In this document: in pieces, positions 12,113 to 24,809 of the stretch
How the letters are laid out: each line of letters starts with the position of its first letter
Position numbering within the stretch: the stretch's first letter is position 1
NCBI RefSeq assembly: GCF_001194135.2
Contig: NC_069001.1
Coordinates: 6,356,232 to 6,411,803 of the forward strand
DNA length: 55,572 bases
Reading direction: 5' to 3'
Source of the DNA: Octopus bimaculoides
Lineage: Eukaryota
Notes under the pieces: model-generated
Told to the model about the DNA's origin: nothing
Seen by the model: only the letters and a program-made list of their open reading frames with translations
Databases searched by the model: none
Program-made: the position numbers and the translations under genes

Positions 12113-14265
12113 CAGTAATCCTCTGCGTTACGAGAGTAATGCGTTTCAATGGATTTTTTTCGGAAAAAAAACACACCTACATGACCATATTTATGCATGA
12201 AAATAACCATTTCTAAACATACGCATTACAATATATAACCACTTGAGAAATACGTTAAAAAAAGATAAGAATCGCAATGTCGTAACAGGGTAGGTGGTTT
12301 TACCACAAAGGATGTTGACTCCTGTGTGAGGGAAGGAGGTGGAGTAGGAGGTGAAATGCGGGTCATCGGGAGGATGAGGACACTCCCGTTTATCTTATAT
12401 TTCATCATCAACATCCATTTAAGGGGTAAAACACTTTTCTGATGTTTATGGCGTATTAATTCTTTGTAAAGCTCAGTGTGAAAACTGGGCTCATTTTAAA
12501 ATTCCCCGTGTAACTTTTATGTTACGTTCACGAATAGAATTGTTATCAGCAAAAACTTGCAAGCCTTCCTCTGAAAGCGCCAACCCTTTAGCAATATTCT
12601 TTGCAGTCAATTTAAGTGGCATTGGTAGAATCCCCATATTCTCACCTGTATTCTCAGCTTGGTCTTCTTTCAACAGCGTCAGCTCCTCGTTAGATAAATT
12701 TAAAACACTTTATGGAACATTTGAAACTGAACCACATTCCTCTATGACTTCTTCAAATCCTACGTCATTTACAAGTCTCACAATATCTTTCCGAATTTGA
12801 TCAAGACTTGTTGCTTGTCGGAAACTTATAAAGTCTCGGGATACAGTCTGACCATCTTTTTTTCTCAAGCACCAGTCATAATTTAGAGTTTCACTCCATC
12901 TCGTGACCCTGCTATGTTATCCACGGCATCGTTTATGCTGAAATTCTTTCAGTAGTCTCTAACCTTAGGCTTATCTTCCCAGTCAATTATTCTCATGAAT
13001 TCTTTGAAAATTCTTCGGAGATAATATGCCTTGAAGTTATTTATCACACCTTGATCCATTGACTGGAACAAAGGAGTTGTATTCTTGAGGATATCTTCAA
13101 CTCTTACATTATCACAGAGTTCATTTAAGTTCACTGGGTGGTTCGGTATATCGTCAGAAAAGTGCGATGCTTTGTAGGAAATATTATGCCTGGCGGTGAG
13201 CTTGCAGAATCGTTAGCACGCCGAACAAAACGGCATTTCGTCTATCTTTTCGCTATGAGTTCAAATTCCGCCGTGGTCGACTTGCCTTTCATCCTTTCGG
13301 AGTCGATGAAATAAGTACCAGTTAAGTTCTGGGGTCGATGTAACCGATTAGTCTCCTCCCCGCAAATTTCAGGCTTTGAACATGAAGCTGAAAAAGAAAG
13401 AGAAAAAAAAGAAAAAAACATTATACCTGGCATTGTACTGTTCTTCAATATGACAAAAAAAAATGTTTGTAGACCACTCTTCGAAAACGATCATTCATGC
13501 CTTCGTAATTGAACTCTAAATCAGAGGCAAATTAAATTTTGCGTAACTCTTGAACACCATTACACAAATAGGATTTTTAGCTTTATATCAGCAGTGGCAT
13601 TTTTGCCCAGAAGAAGCATCAGACCATTTTAGGAAGCTTTATATTACGCTGTTGAGTTTTCTTTTCGGCATATAAAAGTTCTAGCAAGTATGAACTTGTA
13701 GAAAAGTGAAGTTTCATCAACATTGTATACTTACTCTGCTGTGTGACCTCTTTCAACCGTTATTTCTTTTTTTCAGCTGTTCAAGATAATTAATAGCAGA
13801 CTTTGTGTCAGCGCTGACAGCCTCACCATTCATTTTTATGTTGTGCAAACTCAGGCTCTTCTAAAACCTTTTAAACTAGTTTTTATTAGCCACTATAGGT
13901 TTTTTCATTGTAAGTTACAGCTTACTTTTTCTGCCAGTTATCGCTCAAACCATTGGCTGTTTCAGGCTCGATTCGTACACCTAAGAACCATCTAATTTTA
14001 AGCAACACATTACATTAGATCTCTGACAAAATAAGATTTGAGTCATAAACGAAGTAAATCTTTGACCACTTTATTTTATTTTCTCTCTATTGTCATTTAT
14101 TGTTCCCATTGTAGACGTTGCAAGCTTTAATGTTTTGGCAATGTGGTTGATAATTTTCTCCTGCGTGAAGCCTTTTTAAAACATCAAGTTTGATATCCAG
14201 AGTAATCCTTTTAAGGTTCCTTTTCACACTACTACCACCCGTTGCACTTGGCGGCTTCTTTCAAA
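12113..14265 (-). mobile_element. Decayed Tigger/pogo DNA transposon (CENP-B-type HTH + DDE_1), interrupted by a SINE
   Basis: Minus-strand fragments in the expected order: ITLDIKLDVLKRLHAGE (~14200), LHNIKMNGEAVSAD and VYNVDETSLFYK (~13850-13700), LLLGKNATADIKLK (~13600), NTTPLFQSMDQGVINNFKAYYLRR (12949-13134), LTAKNIAKGLALSEEGLQVFADN (12491-12673). TIR-like cagtaatcctc at 12113; the other TIR was not recognised. Many stops and frameshifts. Confidence 0.9.
13192..13419 (+). mobile_element. SINE family A with A-rich tail, inserted in the Tigger ORF
   Basis: ggcggtgagcttgcagaatcgttagcacgcc…gagttcaaattccgcc; flanked by attatgcctggc (13183-13194) and attatacctggc (13420-13431), a 12-bp TSD with 1 mismatch. 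Confidence 0.9.
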
Positions 14266-14666
14266 ATATCTTGAATTTTGGTAAACTGACGGCGGCGACG
14301 ATCAACAATTATTCACAAAAAATATGGAGCAAAATGAACTGTTTTGTGAGAGTAAAAAAATATGATGCCTTATATAAATTTTAAAATGGAAATGAGAAGA
14401 TGAAAAGGTGAAGGTATAATGTGGAGAAAGTACTAAATGATTACAGTTAGTTAAAGGCTTATCAGTTCTATGGGCACTTCACCTTTGCAGTTCTGACATG
14501 AGCTATGGACATTCCATATTTCCTCACATACAAACATGCTGACGCACATATGCAGATGCAAACATATACATAAACATCACATACATCGTCTTCGTAACTC
14601 ATCTCGCCCCATATGTATGCGTGGGAGGGGGAGTGTTGTGTGTATATGTGTGAGCGTATATACAAT

Positions 14667-14790
14667 GGGCTTCCACTCAATTTTTGTCCACCAAATTCAC
14701 TCATAAGACATTGGTTAATCTGAGGCAAGTTGAAGCCACCTGCTTATAGTGCCATGCAGTGGTATTGAACTCAAAACCACGTGGTTGCAA
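14667..14790 (-). mobile_element. SINE family B, head region, truncated at the Penelope junction
   Basis: Reverse complement resembles 30270-30410 (caaccacgtggtt…gagttcaatacc actgcatggcact…). Confidence 0.65.
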
Positions 14791-14792
14791 CG

Positions 14793-14974
14793 GAAGATAA
14801 ATACCCTGGGCTGCTGATTGGGGAACGATCTCGAGTAAGACTTCTTTGAGGAGTGGTTTATCAGGAGACTCCTCCTCTCTTTTTTTTTTCTTCTAGGATT
14901 ATAACTAATAATGTGGTTAGGAACATTTGCTTCGGATTTTCTAAGCTATCAATTACCGAAGACATGATTAAAAG

Positions 14975-14977
<3 letters not shown>
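14793..14977 (+). repeat. PLE repeat arm A (185 bp)
   Basis: Reverse complement of 16324-16508 with a single mismatch (ataactaata vs ataattaata); even the T10/A10 run length matches. Confidence 0.97.
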
Positions 14978-15014
<37 letters not shown>

Positions 15015-16323
15015 AAATGTATGTAAGTACACACATATACACACGCACACATACCAGCTCAAATATGCTCACATGATCTTATATTTACATTCAAGGCAGT
15101 ACTATGGAATTAATCACAATCAGAACAAGATAGCCGTGAAGGTGCGCGGTAAAGAAGAAGGTGGGTAGTCGATGACTACCCATGGTGGAATGAGGATCCG
15201 GTATTTAGAAATATAAAGAGTAAATATTGTCGGGGGGAAATTTGTTAAAATGAAGTAAAATAGAGTAAATTATTATACATTATCATAAATTACAATATAG
15301 TAGTGTGAAATAAATTAGGCACATTAGAGAATGAATATTAGAGTATGAGTAGAACAGAGTGATAATTAGGACGTGAGTGTCTCTTGTATATATAATTGGT
15401 TGTGTATGAAATACGAACAGTAGTTTAAGAGAGTGAGCCTACGTGTTTGTGAGCACAGTAATCTACAAATTTTGACCGGATTGCCTTCCGATTAAAAGTC
15501 CGTGCATATGCGCGTGAGCGTGTGGTGGAAGGAGCCTATGCATGAATGTAAGCAAGTGTTTTCTTGATGTGATGTTGCGTGTGCATGTGTAGCTCATCAT
15601 GTGTATCTGAGGGTGGTGATAGAGTCGAATAACGGACGGAGCAGAATGTTTAGCATTAACCACCGCGGAAGTAGCGATAGGCGTCGAAGTTCTTGTGTGA
15701 GCAAGAACTAACTCTTAGAAAAGAGCATTAGGTGAGCCTGCATAAATTACAGGATTGGTGCTTACAAGCATAGGACTTAGCTTAAGTTACGTTTTTCGAA
15801 TTTAATCTATAGTTAATATTCGCCTTCTTAAGTTTCCGGCTTAGTTCGTCATTGAAGTAGCATTACGTCTTGCAGTTACGGAATGTGTGGTTATGTTGTT
15901 AGGGACGTAACTTAAGCAGATTCTCAGTAAAGCATATTTAATATTTAGAGTGTAATTTGCGATTACATTTTATTGGTGCATGGTATATTTATATAAACAT
16001 TTATAATTCAGAGGGCAGCGTATCGGACAAGTGCAATTAAGGTTGAGGTTATTAGGGTTGGTATTATTTAGGCGGACCTAGATATCTCTAAGATTGTAAG
16101 CTGCGATTGCGTAGGTGGTGTTAGTTGTAGTGGGATACAAGAGCTTGACTGCTTTTGTTGAAAATGTTATAGCTTCTATGTTGAATATAATGTGTCTTTT
16201 AATAACCTAAAGAATATTCTGGTTATGAGCCTTGCTACAGCAAGAGTGAAGTAGGGTTGAACAATGAAATGTTACGCCTGCGTTATTGGTTCTAATAGAG
16301 AATACTGAGTATTGCAACTAGTT

Positions 16324-16670
16324 TACCTTTTAATCATGTCTTCGGTAATTGATAGCTTAGAAAATCCGAAGCAAATGTTCCTAACCACATTATTAATTAT
16401 AATCCTAGAAGAAAAAAAAAAGAGAGGAGGAGTCTCCTGATAAACCACTCCTCAAAGAAGTCTTACTCGAGATCGTTCCCCAATCAGCAGCCCAGGGTAT
16501 TTATCTTCTATGTAAAGCAGTCATAAATTAGACTACCGTCTTTGTGATTAGTCTAATGTGCATCACAGTGCTTTGACGCCTCGTTAATTATTTAATAGTT
16601 TCTATTTCATGCATTACACAGCATATATGAGAAGAAAAATAAATTTCAATATTACAAAGCCTCTCTATGG
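16324..16670 (-). repeat. PLE repeat arm A' (inverted), longer than arm A
   Basis: 16324-16508 is the inverted copy of arm A; 16425-16670 is also a diverged inverted copy of ~17480-17745. Confidence 0.92.
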
Positions 16671-17479
16671 GAGAAACAAGTATGTGGGTGTACTGAAGGG
16701 ATTCGCTGAATTTGCGGTAGGGTTTATATTTAGGGGTAGAAAATTGAAAGTCATGTCAAAGATGTTAATCACTTAACTTCATTTCTGTAGTTACTGCTAA
16801 TCTGATGTCCTTCAAGGAAGTGAATAGATCTGGCGTTATTTGGTCTGTGGATTGAGATTCATAAGTAATAGTACTGACGTAGCTGTAAAGTCCTCCGTTG
16901 ATGTACAGATATCTAGTTTTTAGTTGGTAGCTCAGAAAATAATTCAATGAGGTAAGTGTGGCAGAGTCTGGAGCACTCGTGCTAACGTCGAAGAAAGTTG
17001 AAGGAGACTTTCCTTCATAAGGAATCATCGCAGGCTGGCGTAGTTGTTCGTGTCTGGAGAATTATATCGGCCAACGTCGGTGATGATGGTTGGAAGTCTG
17101 TTGTAGTTAATGACCATTTATAGAAAAGATTGGAGTATGGAAAAGTTCAAGTCCCGAATGTCGAATTGAAGATATCTGAGATTTTGTTCACCTCAGTGGG
17201 TATTAAACTAGGTTATAAAGTCTTATGAATCGGTTCACAGTGGTAATCGGTAAGGGCCTTAATATGTGGGAAAATGCATGATAGACCAAGATCCGTTTAT
17301 TAAGGTTGACTGACATCAGAGTTGCTATGGGGGGATTGTTATTATGGTTCTTTATAGTGAAGTTGGGTTGTGTCAAGTGACATTCAGGTATCTCTTCCCA
17401 GTGGAACGACCAATAAACCGTGAAACGGTCTGTCGAGCTCTGCCTTTCTTTTTTCTTCACAACAATATCATTTTTTTTT

Positions 17480-17810
17480 TACTCACACTGAGGCTTTGTA
17501 ACATACAAAATTTTTTCAGTTCTTCTCATACACTCTGTGTTATGCCTGAAATAGAAATTATTGAATTAATGACATGAGGCACCAAAGCCTAAACATGCAA
17601 ATTAGACTAACCGTGAGGGCGCTAGTCTAATTTATGACTGCTTTATATAGAAGATAAATACTCTGGACTGTTGATTGGGGAAGGATGCCGAGTAAATCTT
17701 CTGTGGAGCGGTTTATCAGGAGACTTCTTTCCTCTTTTCTTTACCCATCAATAGCATAGAAAAGAAAATGTACTTAGATCTCATTACACCCATAGCGATG
17801 CTTTGTAACA
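17480..17810 (+). repeat. PLE repeat arm A'' (diverged, same orientation as A)
   Basis: gaagataaatactctggactgttgattggggaagg…ggtttatcaggagact is a diverged direct copy of 14793-14875; on the minus strand it runs into the RT-coding region. Confidence 0.85.
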
Positions 17811-18870
17811 CACGCACACACACACCAACAGATACACATACACATACATATACATACACACACACGCACGCACACACATTTATAAGAAAAAGAAAATTCA
17901 ATACATTTATATAGTAACAATTATATTCTGGGTATTGGAAGATTCAATACCCACAATAAAATGTTTACAATGTAAATGTATAAAATTCTATCTCACTGCA
18001 AGGTAGTTGTACCTTGTAGACTATACTGATATATGCGTGTGTATGTGTTTATGTAAGAGAGAGAGAAAAATGTAAACATATATATATATATATATATATG
18101 CACATATGTATATGTAATTATATAGATAGAAATATATAGTAATTGGCTGCACATAGTGCACCTAAATACATGCATTGTAGATTGTATCGATCTGACCTAA
18201 CTGTAGTGCAGTATGTGCAGTATCTGAGTGCACATTTAATGTCTATCTCTGTCCAATATTGTTGTCTGCTGCATGAAATGTTTTTATTGACAACCGAATA
18301 TATACACACATATAATGAGAATGACGCGCACACACATATATACGCACGAGTGTACACACACGGGCACGCGCACACATAGGCTTACTAACATATATAACAA
18401 TATGCAAGTAAAAACTTCATGTGCACACATACATGCATCTAAATATGTCATTGCTCTAGCGGACAGAAGCACACACAGCAGATGTGCTCACGTACATACA
18501 AACACACACTTAAAAAGACGAAGATACAGCACGCGTGTGCTCATAATTATAAACTCATTGACTAATATCATACTCCAGGCGGAGTACGCACCTATATGCA
18601 CACATACATGCAGCAGATATCTATAGATAGACGCATACGCATGTACACTGACACTTTCGCGCGCGCGCGCGTACACTACAAGCCTGTACGTATACGCACA
18701 CGCACACATACTCACAGGCGCGCGTAAACACACCCACACACACACACACACTCGCGCGCGCACGCACAAGAAGAGATGGAGAGACAGAGAAGGAATGAGA
18801 CAGAAAGGGAGTGAGAGACAATCAGAGAGAAACAGAGACAGATAGGGAGAAAGAGTGCCTTCTGGTGCTA

Positions 18871-18909
<39 letters not shown>

Positions 18910-19132
18910 GTACATATATGTGTGTATACATGTATATATATTCTTTGTATTATATATATATATATATATATAGATAGATAGATAGATAGATACATACATA
19001 CATACATGCATACATAATACCTTTACATAAGTAAATACGTACACACACACACATACATATATATACATACACACACATATGTGCGTATGTGTGTGTAAGT
19101 TCATTTGTGTGTGGGTTATATCTGAGGCGTGT

Positions 19133-19171
<39 letters not shown>

Positions 19172-19661
19172 AAGGAGTGCATTCGGGTGCAGGGGTAATG
19201 CATATATTAGTTATCTATAATGCGCAGTGTATTGATAGCTTTTGTTGAATCTCTTTTGTATCTTTCCACCCGTGTGCAGTAAAGTGTGGGTGGATGTGCA
19301 TTTGCAGATTTGTATGCGTGAGTACCTCCGTACGTNNNNNNNNNNNNNNNNNNNNNNNNNNNNNNNNNNNNNNNNNNNNNNNNNNNNNNNNNNNNNNNNN
19401 NNNNNNNNNNNNNNNNNNNNNNNNNNNNNNNNNNNNNNNNNNNNNNNNNNNNNNNNNNNNNNNNNNNNNNNNNNNNNNNNNNNNNNNNNNNNNNNNNNNN
19501 NNNNNNNNNNNNNNNNNNNNNNNNNNNNNNNNNNNNNNNNNNNNNNNNNNNNNNNNNNNNNNNNNNNNNNNNNNATATATATATACATACACATACATAC
19601 ATACATATATATATATGTATGTATGTATGTATGTGTATGTATGTATGTGTATGTATGTATG

Positions 19662-19704
<43 letters not shown>

Positions 19705-20325
19705 CACATACATACATACATATATATATATATATGTATGTATGTATGTATGTGTATGTATGTATGTAATATATATATATGTATGTATGTATGTGTGTAG
19801 TTGTGTGCTTTTACATTAATCTTCCAAAATCTATGGAGGCGGATAGAAGAGAAAGAAAGAGGAGGAAGAGAGAGAGAGAGAGGGGTATATATATAGAGAG
19901 GGAGGAGAAAGAGAGAGAGGGGAAGAAAGAGAGAGAGAGGGGAAGAAAGAGAGAGAGAGCGCGAAATGCAATGCAAGTAACTAGGTGCAATACAGAGACG
20001 GCGTGCACAAGTGCATGATGCACGTGAATGCATTGTGTAATATCCGTAGTGCATTTTATACAAAGATTAGAGAAAAATCCGGTCTGTTTGCTGCCAACCT
20101 GATACCTGCTCATACACGTACTTGTAGATGCATACATATACGTACATGTACGTGCACACATACGCATACACAAATATGCACTTACACATATAAGCACATA
20201 CGGATTTACGCACGCACGCACGTACGCACATATACACATACACACACATATACATATACACACAGCTGATTAACGATGACTATATGAATATCTAACTACT
20301 ACTGCTACTACTACTACTGCTACTG

Positions 20326-20368
<43 letters not shown>

Positions 20369-21361
20369 GTTGGTCAGTGTGAGTGTGCATATATACGTAT
20401 ATATATGTATATACATGTATGTATATATATATATATAAATATACATATATATATATACATACATACGTACATACATACATACATACATACATACATACAC
20501 AAATACATATATATTATATGTATAAAGATATATAAGTAAATATATTTTTATTCATTTGTATATTTATGTACATATACATATATAGACACACATATATACA
20601 TACAAATTATATATATGTATGATTGAAACAAGCAAAAGATATGTGAGTGTGTGTGCTCGCACACACAGATACATAGATATATATATGCACACACACGTAT
20701 ATATATATACGCACACACACGTATATATATATATATATATATATANNNNNNNNNNNNNNNNNNNNNNNNNNNNNNNNNNNNNNNNNNNNNNNNNNNNNNN
20801 NNNNNNNNNNNNNNNNNNNNNNNNNNNNNNNNNNNNNNNNNNNNNNNNNNNNNNNNNNNNNNNNNNNNNNNNNNNNNNNNNNNNNNNNNNNNNNNNNNNN
20901 NNNNNNNNNNNNNNNNNNNNNNNNNNNNNNNNNNNNNNNNNNNNNNNNNNNNNNNNNNNNNNNNNNNNNNNNNNNNNNNNNNNNNNNNNNNNNNNNNNNN
21001 NNNNNNNNNNNNNNNNNNNNNNNNNNNNNNNNNNNNNNNNNNNNNNNNNNNNNNNNNNNNNNNNNNNNNNNNNNNNNNNNNNNNNNNNNNNNNNNNNNNN
21101 NNNNNNNNNNNNNNNNNNNNNNNNNNNNNNNNNNNNNNNNNNNNNNNNNNNNNNNNNNNNNNNNNNNNNNNNNNNNNNNNNNNNNNNNNNNNNNNNNNNN
21201 NNNNNNNNNNNNNNNNNNNNNNNNNNNNNNNNNNNNNNNNTCTTCTTCTTCTTCTTCTTCTTCTTCTTCTTCTTCTTCTTCTTCCCTCCCCCTCTCACCA
21301 TTTCTGTTCCATTCTTTCTTTTGCTCCCTGTCTCTTTGTTACTTTCTTTTATATCAGCTAG

Positions 21362-21393
<32 letters not shown>

Positions 21394-21798
21394 CATCACA
21401 CGCTAATACATTTACACATACACACGCATTATCTCACTTTAACTTTCAAACCCTACTCACACACACACGTACATAATGTCTTAAACTTCGCGCGCGTGCA
21501 CACACATACACACGCACATAAACACACACACACACACACATACACACACATGCACACATACACACACACATACACATGCACACACAAACACACACGCACA
21601 CACTCGCAGTTCCCGTTTCTTCTACATTCTTTCTTTAAAACATCACTATTCCTCTTTATTCTCTGTGTGCTTGTGTATGTGTGTGCATGTGCGATTGTTT
21701 GTATGTATGCATTTGTTTATATGCCTGTATGTGCAGCTATGTATATGTTAGTATATGCAGATGTGAATACGTGTATATATGCATGTGTGTGTGTATGC

Positions 21799-21830
<32 letters not shown>

Positions 21831-21999
21831 GTGTGTGTGTATATGCATGTGTGTGTGTGTATGTGTGTGTGTATATGCATGTGTGTGTGTGTGTGTGTGT
21901 GTGAGTGAATATGTGCCTGTTGTTTGCTGTTGTGTATCCTCATGATAGACCTAATCAAGCAGACTTATGGTAGACTTTATAGCCCTGGGTCAGCTCTGA

Positions 22000-22830
22000 C
22001 AATCCAGTAGCAGAGAGAGATGGTTGAACGACAGGGATCCGACCAAAAGATGATTGCCACTTATACCGTATCTCTCTCAACTGCACATTATACTGCACGA
22101 TCCGACATCTTAACTATTGTCCAGTTTAGATCTCACATTCTCTCCAATCTCTTGTTTGTATGCTACGATCTCTCCAAGGTCCGCTTTAATATATGTTACA
22201 CTCTCTTCAATACTCAATATGTGTTACACGCTCTCCTTTATCTAGTCCAAACATGTCGCACTTTTTCCAATGTCCATTCTATTTTTGTACGCCTGACATT
22301 GTTATTCTCAGAAGGCAACGAGTGCGTTTCTAGAGATAGTCACTATATCTTCTTGAAATCACAGCTCAGTTTTGTTTGAAAACAGATGGACTCATTGACT
22401 AATGTATTCCTGGATACACCGCTTGTAGATTTTCGTGAGCCGTAGACTGTTCCCAATTTTTGTAGTGGGTGGTAAACACATCACACCACTCTGGTTAGCA
22501 CTTCCTACCAGTCCGGCGGACTTTGCTTTGTTGCAAGCATTTGGGCCAGGCTTCAAATAGGGAACTAGTGTGACCTTATACCCCTGCAAAGCTATTGTCC
22601 TCAATCTTTTTAATGCTCACAAGTACTCTTGTTCTTTACACCCATACTATACTGCTGCTACCGGCGCAGAGACTGGATCTTTTACCAGACAATGCCGAAC
22701 CATAAAGTGACGAGCATGCAAACAAACCAGTACCGGCTGTCGAGTGGTGGTAGATGACAAACACACACACACACTTGAAATCCAGATGTTCTCCGTATAG
22801 AATACACTTAGTTGTGCTCAAGGGATTTAA
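22000..22830 (-). pseudogene. Possible highly decayed LINE RT C-terminal fragment
   Basis: More complex, GC-richer island with short minus-strand pieces (KSLSTTKCIL; KKIEDNSF; IKADLGEI) only loosely resembling post-YADD LINE sequence. Confidence 0.3.
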
Positions 22831-23647
22831 ACTTGAGCGGATATAGAAGTGAATGTATGGATAAGCAAATTATTAAGGATATTAAACGCATGAAATACAT
22901 AAAAATGTATATGCACATACATATAAAAGGGTCCGGCTTGCACAGAATACAAATGATATAGAGAATTAAAGGGGTGGAGGAAAGGTATTATAAATCCAAC
23001 AGCTATTTCTGGGGGCTCGAGGTTCGTCTCATCCTATGATGGAATCAATCTACATTTGTATTCTGTGTAAGTCAGACCTTTTTATATATATACATATATA
23101 CATTTTTTTGCATTTCATGTATTTCATATACTTTATATATTAATCTGTCTAATTTGCTTATTCCTACATTTACGCATATACATACATAAATACATACATG
23201 CATGCATACATAAATACATACATGCATACATACAAGCATGCATACATACATACATACATACATACATACTGTTAACATTTTATTGAAAATCTTGTTTGAT
23301 ATACAAAGCTCGACTATAGGTATTCACTACCGAATGTCATAACACAATGGGAATACTCCTGTCACTGGATATACATCTGAAATTCCATAGCATCCGTAGA
23401 GTTTATATGAACAGATGAATACCGGAAAATGAATTGAATGATATTCTTTATTTTATATCACTACAATTGTTTCCACACATCTTTACACTTGTAATGCATA
23501 GGTGAGAGGATGTAATTAACATATTGCGTAATCACTACTATCCATCAAAGGCGTAAAGTGTTTTTCTTCAGGTGAATTATTGAATACGACCTTCGTTAGA
23601 TCAGACGCTCATTTCACAAGAATGAACACTCAAAACAGTGTACTGAT

Positions 23648-23746
23648 GGGGACTGCTTCCAGTTTCAGCCTACCAAATCCAATCATAAGGCTTTGATCGG
23701 CCCGAGTCTATAGCAGAAGACACTTACCTAAGGTGTCGCGCTGTAG
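23648..23746 (-). mobile_element. SINE family B fragment
   Basis: cagtttcagcctaccaaatccaatcataaggctttgatcggcccgagtctatagcagaagacactt is the reverse complement of the 30325-30400 region. Confidence 0.75.
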
Positions 23747-23750
23747 TATA

Positions 23751-23896
23751 TTCTGAGTTCAAATTCCACCAAGATTGACTTTGCCTTTTATCCTCTCGGG
23801 GTCGATAAAATAAGTATCAGTCAAGAACTGGGGTCGATGTAATCGACTTACCCCTGCCCTGAAATTTCTGGCCTTGTGCCAAAATGTGAAACCAAT
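23751..23896 (+). mobile_element. SINE family A, 5'-truncated
   Basis: ttctgagttcaaattccaccaag…ctggggtcgatgtaatcgac…ggccttgtgccaaaatgtgaaaccaat. Confidence 0.85.
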
Positions 23897-23915
23897 GTGA
23901 TCGTATCTCACATAA

Positions 23916-24130
23916 GGCTGCGAGCTGGCAGAATTGCTAGCACGCCGGACAAAATATTTAGTAGTATTTCGTCTGTCTTTACGTTCTGAGTTCAAATTCC
24001 ACTGAGATTAGCTTTACCTTTCATCCTTTAGGGGTTAATAAAATAAGTACCGGTTAAGCACTGGGGTCGAAATAATCAACTTACTCCCTTTCCCGAAATT
24101 GCTGGCCTTGTGCCTAAATTTGAAACTAAT
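23916..24130 (+). mobile_element. SINE family A, full length
   Basis: ggctgcgagctggcagaattgctagcacgcc…gagttcaaattcc…ggccttgtgcctaaatttgaaactaat. Confidence 0.9.
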
Positions 24131-24809
24131 TTTTATCATATCTCACTCACGCACACACACATACACACAGTGGCTATATCGTAGCTCCACATTTTACAAT
24201 GTCTTATTAACTATGTACATCGCCATAAAATATCACTGGCCTTTGAAATAAATAGAATCTATCTGAGTCTCTAGCAGTCTACTCCGATGAATCTGTCTCC
24301 TCTTCTTTTATCATAGTTCAGAAGAATACTTCAAAAAGATATGATAAAAGAGAGAGAGGGGGAGAGAAAGAAAAACAAAACAAAAAAAGAAACTAACTAT
24401 GGTAGTTGCAAAACATTACAAAAAAAAAAAAAGAAAAAAACAAGATGAAGAAAAAACTTCTGAATCTCAGTAAAAATTCTATGTTGCTTCAGGCAATAAC
24501 AGAAAAGAAGAAAAATCGCACAATTTTAAAATATAAATAAAACAGGAAGACATTTTTAATAAAAAAAAATAAGAAAATAAGAAAATTCGTTTTTCTTTAC
24601 GAATTGTAAACATCATACATAAAGTATATTCTTGAGATTTGGATAACTTTTTTTCTTGTTTTAATGGAGGAAAAAGGAAATTTTAAGTGTGGTGGAACAC
24701 GTGACATTTTTCTTCCTTCTAAGTATTCCTTGTTGTTGTTGTAATTGTAGCTGTTGTTCTTGCTATTGTTGTCGCCATCGTCCTTCTCCTTGTTATCCTT
24801 CTTTTCGCT

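Larger units (their letters stand above)
14793..17810 (-). mobile_element. Decayed Penelope-like element (PLE): RT plus GIY-YIG endonuclease, with three copies of the ORF-start segment
   Basis: Minus strand, in order: NFTIKNH (RT fingers, ~17350), YLQFDIRD (motif A, 17151-17174), FFDVSTSAPDSA (motif B, 16960-16996), GGLYSYV (degenerate YRDD site, 16876-16896), KYKPYRK (16711-16731), RRNISLFNP (16253-16279), CTC…CPLNYKCL (15994-16030), AKSYACKHQSCNLC (15740-15781), ELV(S)CSHK (~15690). This is the domain order of endonuclease-positive PLEs; the clade was not determined. Confidence 0.85.

Noticed and set aside
15050-16323. Strand-biased region resembling a mitochondrial insertion (NUMT)
   Set aside because: Minus-strand translation gives PLE thumb and GIY-YIG motifs, not mitochondrial genes.
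14793-17810. DIRS/Ngaro or foldback/MITE reading of the inverted repeats
   Set aside because: No tyrosine recombinase, RNase H or transposase motifs; RT and endonuclease motifs are PLE-type and the arms appear to be ORF-start sequence.
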